From contig CAZKOO010000004.1 in the NCBI GenBank assembly GCA_964554435.1, positions 2,116 to 66,115 of the forward strand: a stretch of DNA of 64,000 nt, written 5' to 3'. Positions 1 to 8,630 of the stretch are shown here, piece after piece. Numbering within the stretch: the first letter of the stretch is position 1; each line of letters starts with the position of its first letter. This DNA comes from an uncultured Candidatus Peribacteria bacterium (GTDB taxonomy: Bacteria; Patescibacteriota; Gracilibacteria; Peribacterales; Peribacteraceae). Both the position numbers and the translations under genes were made by a program. The notes under the pieces were generated by a model, which saw only the letters and a program-made list of their open reading frames with translations, had not been told where the DNA came from and did no database searches.

Positions 1-11
1 ATACTGTACAT

Positions 12-281
12 ATGACTACAATCTTAACAGCAACTGAGGCAAGAAAAAATTTTTTTACAATGCTGAAAGACATTGAAACCCCTGGTTTTACCATCACAAT
101 TACCCATGAAGGAAAGCCAAAAGGAGTATTTCTTTCCGTTGAGGAATTTGATGGGCTAATGGAAACGCTTGATATTTTATCGGACCCTGAAGAGGTACGC
201 GCTATTAAGGAAGGGATAGAAGATGCTCGTCATGGTCGAGTCATGAGTTTTGAAGAATTACAATCTCGTCTTGGTGTATGA
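12..281 (+). CDS. Type II antitoxin, Phd/YefM family
   Basis: 89-aa ORF with a Phd/YefM-like N-terminus (TATEARKNFFTMLKD) and an acidic C-tail. Its stop overlaps the next start (ATGA at 278-281). Confidence 0.8.
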   Translation: MTTILTATEARKNFFTMLKDIETPGFTITITHEGKPKGVFLSVEEFDGLMETLDILSDPEEVRAIKEGIEDARHGRVMSFEELQSRLGV

Positions 282-538
282 AGCGTGAGTATCAATTGAT
301 CATCACAGAAAAAATCTATAAAGAAATCGATCGTTTGCCAAAAAGAGATCAACAGAAAATACTCGCATCCCTTGCAAGGCTTATTCATGATCCTTTTATC
401 GGAAAAAAACTTGAAGGACAATTTTTAGGGTACTATTCCCTTCGCATTTGGTCCTATAGAGTGCTATATTCCATCAATAATGTTGCCGTGACTGTGACCG
501 TTATTCGCATCGGTCATCGAAAAAATGTGTATCAGTAA
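278..538 (+). CDS. Type II toxin, RelE/ParE superfamily
   Basis: 86 aa with RelE/ParE hallmarks (KKLEGQFLGYYSLRIWSYRVLYSI...IGHRKNVY). Translationally coupled to the upstream antitoxin. Confidence 0.8.
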   Translation: MKREYQLIITEKIYKEIDRLPKRDQQKILASLARLIHDPFIGKKLEGQFLGYYSLRIWSYRVLYSINNVAVTVTVIRIGHRKNVYQ

Positions 539-558
539 CCCCTTCCCTTTCTAAGTCT

Positions 559-1653
559 ATGTCTCTCCAAATTGGTATCGTCGGGCTTCCAAACGTCGGT
601 AAATCGACCCTGTTCAACGCACTCACGCGTAGCCATGGCGCGCAAGCCGCAAACTATCCATTCTGCACCATCGAACCAAACGTGGGCATTGTGGAAGTGC
701 CAGATGCACGTCTCAAACAACTTTCAGAGATCGTCCATCCTGAAAAAGTTGTCCCAACGATTGTGGAATTTGTGGATATTGCAGGGCTTGTGAAGGGTGC
801 CAGTAAAGGCGAGGGTCTTGGAAACGCATTTCTCTCGCATATTCGTGAAGTGAATGCCATTTGTCATGTTGTCCGCATTTTTGAAAATGATGATATCATT
901 CACGTCGAAGGCTCCATCAATCCTGTTCGCGATCGTGAGATTATTGAAATGGAACTCGTGATGAGTGATCTTGAAAAGGTATCGAAGCGCATCGAAAAAT
1001 TACAAGGTGGCGCGCGCAGTGGTAACAAAGAACAGCTCAAAGAACTTGCAGTGCTTGAAAAAATCAAACTCGTGCTCGATACAGGAAAGCTTGCATCGAC
1101 AAGCATTCTCGAAAAAGATGAGTTGCCATTTCTTGAATCGGCACAATTGCTCACTGGTAAAAAGATGATCTATGCGCTCAACACCGACGAGAAGGGAATT
1201 GGAACCATCTCTCTTGCTGATGCAAAAAAGAAAGCTGGTCTTTCTGACGACGATACTGCCATCATTGTCTCTGCAAAACTTGAGGAAGAGCTCATCACTC
1301 TGTCTCCCGAAGAAGGACAAGAGATGCTCACTGCTCTCGGCATTTCCTCTTCTGGTCTCGATGGACTCATTCGCGCAGCATATAGCGCACTTGGACTCGA
1401 AACCTACTTCACCGCAGGAGTGAAAGAAGTGCGAGCATGGACCATTCACAAAGGCTCCACTGCACCGCAGGCTGCAGGGGTGATTCATACCGATTTTGAG
1501 AAGGGATTCATCCGCGCCGAAACCATCGCTTTTGATGATTTTGTGCGTTGTGGCGGAGAACAAAAAGCAAAGGAATCTGGAAAAATGCGTACCGAAGGCA
1601 AGGAATACATCGTGAAAGATGGTGATGTATTGCATTTTCGATTCAATGTGTGA
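559..1653 (+). CDS. ychF: Redox-regulated ATPase YchF
   Basis: 364 aa with P-loop GLPNVGKSTLFNALT and a YchF C-terminal domain (KGFIRAE...DGDVLHFRFNV). Confidence 0.95.
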   Translation: MSLQIGIVGLPNVGKSTLFNALTRSHGAQAANYPFCTIEPNVGIVEVPDARLKQLSEIVHPEKVVPTIVEFVDIAGLVKGASKGEGLGNAFLSHIREVNAICHVVRIFENDDIIHVEGSINPVRDREIIEMELVMSDLEKVSKRIEKLQGGARSGNKEQLKELAVLEKIKLVLDTGKLASTSILEKDELPFLESAQLLTGKKMIYALNTDEKGIGTISLADAKKKAGLSDDDTAIIVSAKLEEELITLSPEEGQEMLTALGISSSGLDGLIRAAYSALGLETYFTAGVKEVRAWTIHKGSTAPQAAGVIHTDFEKGFIRAETIAFDDFVRCGGEQKAKESGKMRTEGKEYIVKDGDVLHFRFNV

Positions 1654-1724
1654 GAGAAAGGAACAATAGGAACGATATGAGTAATAGAACAAAAAGATAA
1701 AAGTGATTATGATATACTTTTCCT

Positions 1725-2084
1725 ATGCAAGAGCGACCCTATGAAAAACTCATTGCTTGGCAGGAATCATTTTCACTCTGTATTTGGATATACAAAATTA
1801 CAAAAAATTTCCCAAATGAAGAAAAATTTGGACTCATTAGCCAGATGAGACGCTCTGCATCTAGTGTTCCAATGAATATTGCAGAAGGTAATTCACGGTA
1901 TTCAAATAAGGATAAAATTCGATTTTTTGAAATAGCACTTGGATCAATTGAAGAATTACATTGTCAATTACGTATCGCTCTAGAACTTGAATTTATTGAT
2001 ATAAATGTTATGGAAAAAGCAAATAGCCGTATTAATAGAACTGCTTTTCTTATTACAAAGCTTAGTACATCATTTCGAGAATAA
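1725..2084 (+). CDS. Four-helix-bundle protein (23S rRNA intervening-sequence protein / Avd-like family)
   Basis: 119 aa with family motif FPNEEKFGLISQMRRSASSVPMNIAEG. A paralog of roughly 55-60% identity by eye lies at 27711-28067. Confidence 0.85.
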   Translation: MQERPYEKLIAWQESFSLCIWIYKITKNFPNEEKFGLISQMRRSASSVPMNIAEGNSRYSNKDKIRFFEIALGSIEELHCQLRIALELEFIDINVMEKANSRINRTAFLITKLSTSFRE

Positions 2085-2137
2085 TTCTTCTCTCCTTTAG
2101 TTCCTATCTTTCCTATTTTTCCTTTTGTTCCTCTACC

Positions 2138-2446
2138 ATGTTTATCGCTCGCGAAGAACCCTTCATCTGCGAACACTGCGGAGAGCAGGTTCAGCCCTTG
2201 CTAAAGGGAACGTATCGTGACCACTGTCCAAAGTGCCTCACCTCCAAACATGTTGATCGTGATGGCCCTGGCGATCGCCTTTCAGAGTGCCTTGGTCTAC
2301 TCAAACCAATTGCCATTGATAGTGATAGTAAAAAAGGCTTTGTGATTGTGTATGAATGCGAAAAGTGCCATAAAACCCATCGCAACAAAGCAAGTGAAGA
2401 CGATGACCTTATTGGATTTCTGAAGACAATAGACAGTAGATTGTAG
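2138..2446 (+). CDS. RNHCP-domain zinc-ribbon protein
   Basis: 102 aa with CxxC pairs and an RDHCPKC motif typical of the RNHCP domain. The last codons and the TAG stop lie inside a word-repeat tract. Confidence 0.7.
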   Translation: MFIAREEPFICEHCGEQVQPLLKGTYRDHCPKCLTSKHVDRDGPGDRLSECLGLLKPIAIDSDSKKGFVIVYECEKCHKTHRNKASEDDDLIGFLKTIDSRL

Positions 2447-2511
2447 ACACTAGACTTCCTTCTCTATGTAAACCACTATTTTCTAATTTTTTTCTATAAT
2501 CTATTGTCTAT
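2429..2511. repeat. Opposed word-repeat arms forming a long stem
   Basis: Arm 2429-2447 (ATAGACAGTAGATTGTAGA) pairs with 2493-2511 (TCTATAATCTATTGTCTAT). The stem is 19 bp including 2 G-U pairs and covers the stop codon of the upstream gene. Confidence 0.7.
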
Positions 2512-2711
2512 AATCTATGATCTCGTTAAATGTAAGAATTTCCATTGATCACTAAAATTGTTCTTTTAAAAGATTATTGATTAGGGCTCAAGTCCATTTA
2601 CTTGCTCTGTAATAATTTGAGAGTAGAGTTCCGTTCCATGCAGTGGTTCGTCTTCTTCGCCCTCTTCGGCTGTTTGTTCATTTCATTTTAGTTGACACAT
2701 AGAAAATACAC

Positions 2712-2739
2712 TTGACAAAAAGTAATATGTTAGTATAAA
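2712..2739 (+). promoter_or_regulatory. Sigma70-like promoter (TTGACA-16-TATAAA)
   Basis: Lies in a 60-bp module (2669-2728) that is duplicated at 3148-3207. Sits 34 nt upstream of the ATG at 2773. Confidence 0.55.
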
Positions 2740-2772
2740 ATTGTATTAAATTTTATTATAACAAAATTCCAA

Positions 2773-3075
2773 ATGGATTTTCTTAATGAGCGGCCTAATC
2801 TTTTATTTACAGTTCATGGCAATAGTCCTGATTCTAACCAGGTGCGTTATATACATGCTTTTATATCAAACTTTAATAAAAGGGTTGGTGTCTGTTTTGT
2901 CTTGTCAGATGATTCAACACCTTATGGATCTAGTGTTCCTCATCAAACAGCTCTCAAGGGACCAATTTATGAAATAAATAGTGAAAATGCTCAATTAGAG
3001 AATTTAATTAATGAATCTATTCGAATGGCAAGGGGAATATTGATAAAAGCCGGTTATTGGGTACCAAAAGAATAA
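2773..3075 (+). CDS. Hypothetical small protein (AT-rich island)
   Basis: 100-aa ORF behind a consensus-like promoter. Loosely resembles the next ORF in layout. No recognisable domain. Confidence 0.5.
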   Translation: MDFLNERPNLLFTVHGNSPDSNQVRYIHAFISNFNKRVGVCFVLSDDSTPYGSSVPHQTALKGPIYEINSENAQLENLINESIRMARGILIKAGYWVPKE

Positions 3076-3190
3076 ATCATATAAGGAGTCAGCCTGAAAT
3101 TAAAAGAAGTTCATATAAGTATTATGATGATGTATTCTTTTCCTCATGCTGTTTGTTCATTTCATTTTAGTTGACAAATAGAAAATATAC

Positions 3191-3218
3191 TTGACAAAAA
3201 GTAATATATATATATAAT
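3191..3218 (+). promoter_or_regulatory. Sigma70-like promoter (TTGACA-16-TATAAT)
   Basis: Second copy of the 60-bp promoter module. Sits 30 nt upstream of the ATG at 3248. Confidence 0.6.
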
Positions 3219-3247
3219 GGAATCATATTATTTCCCAATATAAAAAT

Positions 3248-3610
3248 ATGTCTCAACATTTAAAAGATACTCCTACTCTCCAGACTTCGAGTGCTGGTGA
3301 ATCTATTGCAGTTATTCATGGAAAAGTACCAGGAAATCATGCTGAAAGTATCCATTACGAAGATGTATTTGCGCATATTATTGATATTTCAGATGGACAA
3401 CGAGCTAAATTTGCATTGTTCTTTACTGATTCTCCAGATTTGAATGCTCAATCATCATTATCAACCGGTGATATGATATCGGCAGCACCATTAGAAGTGA
3501 CTTTTTCAACGCTAGAAACAGGAACCCATGAACCTACTCTCGAACAGGCAATAAAAAATGCAAAAGATCAACTTCAAGCAATGAACTTAGAAGTCGTAGA
3601 AAATGAGTGA
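3248..3610 (+). CDS. Hypothetical small acidic protein
   Basis: 120-aa ORF with a promoter upstream and a perfect palindromic terminator downstream. Confidence 0.55.
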   Translation: MSQHLKDTPTLQTSSAGESIAVIHGKVPGNHAESIHYEDVFAHIIDISDGQRAKFALFFTDSPDLNAQSSLSTGDMISAAPLEVTFSTLETGTHEPTLEQAIKNAKDQLQAMNLEVVENE

Positions 3611-3619
3611 CTTTGAAGC

Positions 3620-3649
3620 GTTAACCCCCGAATTAATTCGGGGGTTAAC
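3620..3649. terminator. Bidirectional hairpin (30-nt perfect palindrome)
   Basis: GTTAACCCCCGAATTAATTCGGGGGTTAAC lies between convergent genes. It forms a 13-bp stem with a 4-nt loop. Confidence 0.7.
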
Positions 3650-3659
3650 TTCGATAACT

Positions 3660-6600
3660 TTACGAACACCCACTCGTCCCTCCACAATCGAGGCACAACT
3701 CACACGAGCCGTTGCGCTTCATCTTGCTCGATCCACACGCAGAACAGGTGGTGCCTGTGTAGCCTTGTAGCTTCGCTTTCTCGAGAGGAGAAAGAGAGTC
3801 GTCATCTGTAGTGTGCGTGTCTGGAGAGTGTAATGCACTGAGAGGCATCTGCTCTTGCATGCCTTCATCGATCACTGGAAGGCGCATGGCAAACGCATCG
3901 CGGCTCTTGGTGCCTTCGCTGTAGGACTTCTCGACAAGCTCTTTGTTGTGGTACTTCATTGCCTTTTCCTTGGTAAGGAACTTGAGAGCAAGCCAACGGC
4001 CGAGGTAATCCATCAGGCTTTTTACCATCGGAATTTCACGGTTTGTGGTCATGCCCATTGGCTCGAAACGAGTGTGTGCAAGCTTTTCACAGAGCACTTC
4101 CAGTGGCACGCCGTACTGCAAGTTCATGGAAAGCGAGAGAGCGAGTGTATCCATCACTCCTGAAAGTGTTGAACCTTCTTTACTCATTTTGATGAAGATT
4201 TCGCCTGGTGTGCCATCTTCGTACATGCCAACGTGAAGGTAGCCATCGTGTCCTGCAACGGAGAACTTATGTGTCAGAGAAAGGCGCTCATCGGGCAGCT
4301 TCCTGCGACGTGGCACTTCTTTGATCACAATTTTTTCCACAATTTGCGTCTCTACTTTTTCTTCTTCCTCCTTCTTTTCGTCCGACGCAGTGCTTAAGGC
4401 TTGGCTCATCTTACTACCATCACGGTACAGAGCATTGGCTTTGATGCCGAGTTTCCAGGAAAGGAAGTACGCACTCTTGAAATCTTCGACTGTTGCTTCG
4501 TTTGGAAGGTTGATGGTTTTGCTGATGGCACCAGAGATGAACGATTGAGCAGCAGCCATCATGCGGATGTGACCTTCGGCAGAGATGGAACGCTTACCAA
4601 TTTTTCCACAACGGTTTGCGCAGTCAAACACTGCAAGATGTTCTGGCTTGAGATGTGGCGCGCCTTCAACGGTCATGTTTCCACAGATGATGGTGTTTGC
4701 TTCATCAATCTCTTTGCGCAAAAAACCAAGTGCAGAGAGAAGATCAAATGTTGGGCTTTCGATTTGCTCTTTTGTACATCCAAAGCGAAGAAGTGCATCA
4801 TCACCAAGGACCCATCTATTGAATGCAAAAGGAATTTCAAACACAGAAGGAAGTGTCTTCTCAATTTTTGCGATGTCTTCATCGGTAAAACCCTTTGCCT
4901 TCAGTGATGTTCGGTTGATGTGAGGAGCTCCTTCGAGTGTGAGCGTGCCAAGAACATACTTCATGATGTCGTTCATTTGATCATCAGTGTAGCCAAGTGT
5001 TTTGAGAGCTGGTTGAATGGATTGGTTTGCGATTTTCATGTATCCACCACCGGCAAGCTTCTTAAATTTGACGAGTGCAAAATCGGGTTCAATACCTGTT
5101 GTGTCGCAATCCATAAGAAGTCCGATGGTTCCTGTTGGCGCAACAACTGTTACTTGCGCATTACGATACCCATGACGCTCACCGAGTGCGAGAGCCTTGT
5201 CCCATGCCTCTTTTGCTGCTTCTTGCAAATCTTTTGAACAAATTTTTTGATCAATACCAACTGGCTTTACCGAAAGCGCTTCGTACTGCGATTCTGGCGC
5301 GTTGTAGGCCGCTCGACGGTGATTGCGAATGACACGAAGCATGTGTGCTTTGTTCTTTTCATACCCTGCAAATGTTCCAAGACTCTCTGCCATTTCTGCG
5401 GATGTGCTGTAGGCATCTCCTGTGAGGATGGCTGTGAGTGAGGCACAAATGGCACGACCTTCCTCGGAATCGTAGGGAATGCCCATCTGCATGAGCATTG
5501 CGCCAATGTTTGCGTACCCTAAACCTAGAGTACGGAAGCGGTAGCTGAGTTCTGCAATTTCCTTGCTTGGAAACTGTGCCATGAGCACAGACACTTCAAG
5601 AACGATGGTCCAGAGGCGAGTAGCGTGGCGATACGCGTCGATGTCGATCTGCTTCTTTCCAGATGCATCTTCTTTTACAAATTTGAGAAGATTCAGAGAT
5701 GCTAAGTTACACGCTGTGTTGTCGAGGAACATATACTCGCTACATGGGTTGCTTGCGTTGATGCGACCATCAGCAGGACATGTGTGCCAATCGTTGATGG
5801 TTGTGTCGTACTGCACTCCTGGGTCAGCACAGGACCATGCAGCGTACGCAATTTGATCCCAGAGTGCTGATGCCTTCATGGTCTTGCACGCCTTTGCAGG
5901 ACGCTGTTCTTTGACTGCCTTGCGAAGCTCTGTTCTCCAATACAAATTCCACTCACTGTCTGTTTCAAGAGCATGAAAAAATTGATACGGAATACGCACA
6001 GAGTTATTGGAGTTTTGGCCAGATACTGTGCTGTAGGCTTCTCCGTTGAAATCGCTATCGTAGCCTGCCTTTACGAGTGCTGCGACCTTCTTCTCTTCGT
6101 CTACTTTCCAGTTGATGAACTGCTCAATATCGGGGTGATCGAGGTCAAGACACACCATTTTTGCAGCTCTGCGAGTGGTTCCACCAGATTTAATGGCTCC
6201 TGCAGCACGATCTCCAATTTTGAGGAAACTCATGAGGCCAGAACTTTTTCCTCCTTGAGACAGTGGCTCTCCATCGCCGCGGAGATTGCTAAAGTTTGTT
6301 CCTGTTCCAGAACCATACTTAAAGAGACGCGCTTCACGAACCCAGAGATCCATGATGCCTCCTTCATTGACCATATCATCATCCACACTTTGAATGAAAC
6401 ACGCATGTGGTTGAGGGTGTGTATATGCATCTTCACTACGACGCATTTCGCCTGTTGTTGGATCGCAGTAGTAGTGTCCTTGTGCAGGACCTGTAATGCC
6501 ATAGGCAAAGTGAATACCTGTGTTAAACCACTGCGGACTATTGGGTGCTGCCATCTGATGTACGAGCATGTACTTCATCTCATCCTCAAATGCTTGCGCA

Positions 6601-7085
6601 TCTTGCTTGGTATGGAAATATCCATACGCCTCACCCCAATAGCGCCAACATCCTGCCAAACGACGAATCACCTGTTTTACTGATCGTTCTGGACCTGTGA
6701 GAATAGAACCATTTGCATCTTTCAGCACATTCCCCTTCTCATCAAATTGTGGAACACCTGCTTTACGGAAATATTTACTCACGACAATGTCGGTTGCCAC
6801 CTGACTCCAACTTTCTGGAACTTCTGCATCTTTCATTTCAAAGACGATGGATCCATTGGTATTCACAATGCGACTTGTGCGCTTTGCATAGACCACCTCT
6901 TCGAGTGGGTCGATGCCTGGAGTTGTGAACAATCGTGAAATTTTCAAACCTTTCTGCTCTTCAGAACGGGTGACATCCTCCTTATCGTCATGTTTCGATG
7001 ACGACAGATCACGTGGGGTTGGCACTTTCTCTTCTGTACGCTGTATATCATACTGAGTGGATTGAAAAGAAGCTTGAGGGTTCAT
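3660..7085 (-). CDS. nrdJ: Adenosylcobalamin-dependent (class II) ribonucleotide reductase
   Basis: 1141 aa with the NPCSEYMFLDNTACNLASLNL active-site block, TVVAPTGTIGLLMDCDTTGIEPDF, and a C-terminal Cys-rich tail CSACGS...CLDCGGTSGCS. Confidence 0.9.
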   Translation of the reverse strand: MNPQASFQSTQYDIQRTEEKVPTPRDLSSSKHDDKEDVTRSEEQKGLKISRLFTTPGIDPLEEVVYAKRTSRIVNTNGSIVFEMKDAEVPESWSQVATDIVVSKYFRKAGVPQFDEKGNVLKDANGSILTGPERSVKQVIRRLAGCWRYWGEAYGYFHTKQDAQAFEDEMKYMLVHQMAAPNSPQWFNTGIHFAYGITGPAQGHYYCDPTTGEMRRSEDAYTHPQPHACFIQSVDDDMVNEGGIMDLWVREARLFKYGSGTGTNFSNLRGDGEPLSQGGKSSGLMSFLKIGDRAAGAIKSGGTTRRAAKMVCLDLDHPDIEQFINWKVDEEKKVAALVKAGYDSDFNGEAYSTVSGQNSNNSVRIPYQFFHALETDSEWNLYWRTELRKAVKEQRPAKACKTMKASALWDQIAYAAWSCADPGVQYDTTINDWHTCPADGRINASNPCSEYMFLDNTACNLASLNLLKFVKEDASGKKQIDIDAYRHATRLWTIVLEVSVLMAQFPSKEIAELSYRFRTLGLGYANIGAMLMQMGIPYDSEEGRAICASLTAILTGDAYSTSAEMAESLGTFAGYEKNKAHMLRVIRNHRRAAYNAPESQYEALSVKPVGIDQKICSKDLQEAAKEAWDKALALGERHGYRNAQVTVVAPTGTIGLLMDCDTTGIEPDFALVKFKKLAGGGYMKIANQSIQPALKTLGYTDDQMNDIMKYVLGTLTLEGAPHINRTSLKAKGFTDEDIAKIEKTLPSVFEIPFAFNRWVLGDDALLRFGCTKEQIESPTFDLLSALGFLRKEIDEANTIICGNMTVEGAPHLKPEHLAVFDCANRCGKIGKRSISAEGHIRMMAAAQSFISGAISKTINLPNEATVEDFKSAYFLSWKLGIKANALYRDGSKMSQALSTASDEKKEEEEKVETQIVEKIVIKEVPRRRKLPDERLSLTHKFSVAGHDGYLHVGMYEDGTPGEIFIKMSKEGSTLSGVMDTLALSLSMNLQYGVPLEVLCEKLAHTRFEPMGMTTNREIPMVKSLMDYLGRWLALKFLTKEKAMKYHNKELVEKSYSEGTKSRDAFAMRLPVIDEGMQEQMPLSALHSPDTHTTDDDSLSPLEKAKLQGYTGTTCSACGSSKMKRNGSCELCLDCGGTSGCS

Positions 7086-7100
7086 GAAGAAGAGGGGAAA

Positions 7101-7148
7101 ACACTAGATATAGTGTTGTGAAACTTTTTAGGACACAACATCTGTGTA
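7101..7148 (-). promoter_or_regulatory. Two NrdR-box-like palindromes
   Basis: ACACTAGATATAGTGT (7101-7116) fits the acaCwAnaTaTwGtgt consensus. ACACAACATCTGTGT (7133-7147) is imperfect. Their centres are about 31-32 bp apart, 16-63 nt upstream of the nrdJ ATG. Confidence 0.5.
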
Positions 7149-7386
7149 TTGTAGAGAAATATTTGGACACCTCAAGTTGATTATTTTTGTTTTTCTGCTG
7201 GAAAGATATATTCACACATTGAGTATTGTTTCTGCTATAGAAAGACATTCTTATGAGGAAAAAAGATTATTTTGTTCAAAAAAGAAACACACACTACGCT
7301 ATATTTGTGAAAAACTTCCTAGACATTTTCCCTTCATCAATTTTTACTCTTCCACTTTCTATTGAAAACATGTGTATACTCATTTC

Positions 7387-8073
7387 ATGAATCTCCTTAA
7401 AAATATCGCGATTGTTGTTGCAGGAACAAATGATGTGAGTAATACGTACTATCTTGCAGAGACAATGGCAGATGCCATGAAAGCAAAACATCCTCATCTT
7501 TCTGTACAAATCATTCGATTGAAAGATAAAAACATTCAGCAATTTACACTTGCATGCTACGGAAGTGAGTGTATATCCGATGATTGTTCTCTCATCCAAA
7601 AAATGATTGTGAGTGCAGATGGCGTCATTTTGGCGACACCAATTTGGAACTTCTCTGTTCCTGCACATCTCAAAAACTTCATCGACTGCATGGGTGTATT
7701 TGCTTTGGATGCAACTCATTCCATTGGTGTGCTCAATAAAAAGCCATTCTTCCTTCTTTTCTGCGGAGGGGCCCCAAAGAGTGCATGGCCACTCCTCAAG
7801 CGCACCACAAGTCACATAGGTGCTGCTGTGAATTATTTTGGAGGGATCATCCTTGGCACGCACTACGAAGGAAGTTGTACAAAAGGAAGAGGGCAATTTG
7901 GACTTGTGGTAAACGAGAGGCCTGCAACACTCAATGCTGTCCGTGAAAAAGCACTAGAATTTATTCGTACTATTGAGACTGTCAAGGAAACAGGATCTCT
8001 TCCTCTTCGCTATCAACTATCATTTTGGATCATTCAAAAAGCACAGAAAGTAAGGAGATGGTTAGGCTTATGA
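7387..8073 (+). CDS. NAD(P)H-dependent FMN reductase-like flavoprotein
   Basis: Flavodoxin-like fold pattern (IAIVVAGTND...ADGVILATPIWNFSVPAHLKNFIDCM). The start was chosen at MNLLKN; the ORF opens at 7372. Confidence 0.7.
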   Translation: MNLLKNIAIVVAGTNDVSNTYYLAETMADAMKAKHPHLSVQIIRLKDKNIQQFTLACYGSECISDDCSLIQKMIVSADGVILATPIWNFSVPAHLKNFIDCMGVFALDATHSIGVLNKKPFFLLFCGGAPKSAWPLLKRTTSHIGAAVNYFGGIILGTHYEGSCTKGRGQFGLVVNERPATLNAVREKALEFIRTIETVKETGSLPLRYQLSFWIIQKAQKVRRWLGL

Positions 8074-8630
8074 AGGATAATATCTCCAATATTGGCAAAT
8101 TTACAAAAGACTTTACTGAATTTTTTAATAACGAAAACTATGAATATGCCTTAATTGCAATATGTCGAGCTATTGATGCAACTGCAAAAAAAATATTTCC
8201 AAAAGAAAAACCAGGAAAAAGAATAAAGAATATGATTAAAAAATACGAAAGATTTATTTATCAATTTTGGACTACAAACTCTTTACAAGTTTCACCTGGT
8301 GCAAAGATCTTTATTGCTAAAGAAAAACAGCTCGATGATTTTATTTATCTTATAATTAGAAACTCATTAATGCATGGTGATGATTTCGATGAAAAAATCA
8401 ATATATCAAAAGAATTGGAAAATGGCATTGCATGGAACGGTGGGAAAGTTGTTATCAACAAAAAATTTGTACTATCATTATTCTTAATCGTGATCCTTGA
8501 TCCTATTAATTCTCATGAAAGGACGGATGATAAAATATGTTTTTATTTTGAAAAAAAAGAATGGATGATCAATAATTTATGGGGTAAATTTGATATTTTT
8601 TTGAAAAATATTAATTGGCCTATTAATTGA
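8070..8630 (+). CDS. Hypothetical protein with HEPN-like RNxxxH motif
   Basis: 186 aa, visibly AT-richer than the neighbours. RNSLMH (8358-8375) sits in a predicted helical context. An ATGA overlap joins it to the upstream gene, and an AAGGAG lies 12 nt upstream of the ATG. Confidence 0.5.
   Translation: MKDNISNIGKFTKDFTEFFNNENYEYALIAICRAIDATAKKIFPKEKPGKRIKNMIKKYERFIYQFWTTNSLQVSPGAKIFIAKEKQLDDFIYLIIRNSLMHGDDFDEKINISKELENGIAWNGGKVVINKKFVLSLFLIVILDPINSHERTDDKICFYFEKKEWMINNLWGKFDIFLKNINWPIN

Noticed and set aside
3660-7085. Possible intein or ATP-cone explaining the 1141-aa length of NrdJ.
   Set aside because: Similarity to class II RNR blocks runs continuously through the ORF. I saw no Cys/Ser...HN splice-junction pair or endonuclease block. 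The extra length comes from N-terminal low-complexity sequence and the known C-terminal Cys-rich tail.
7086-7371. Cobalamin riboswitch upstream of the B12-dependent RNR.
   Set aside because: No B12-box-like (..GCCACTG..) core or multi-stem architecture is apparent. The leader is short and AT-rich and carries NrdR-like boxes instead.
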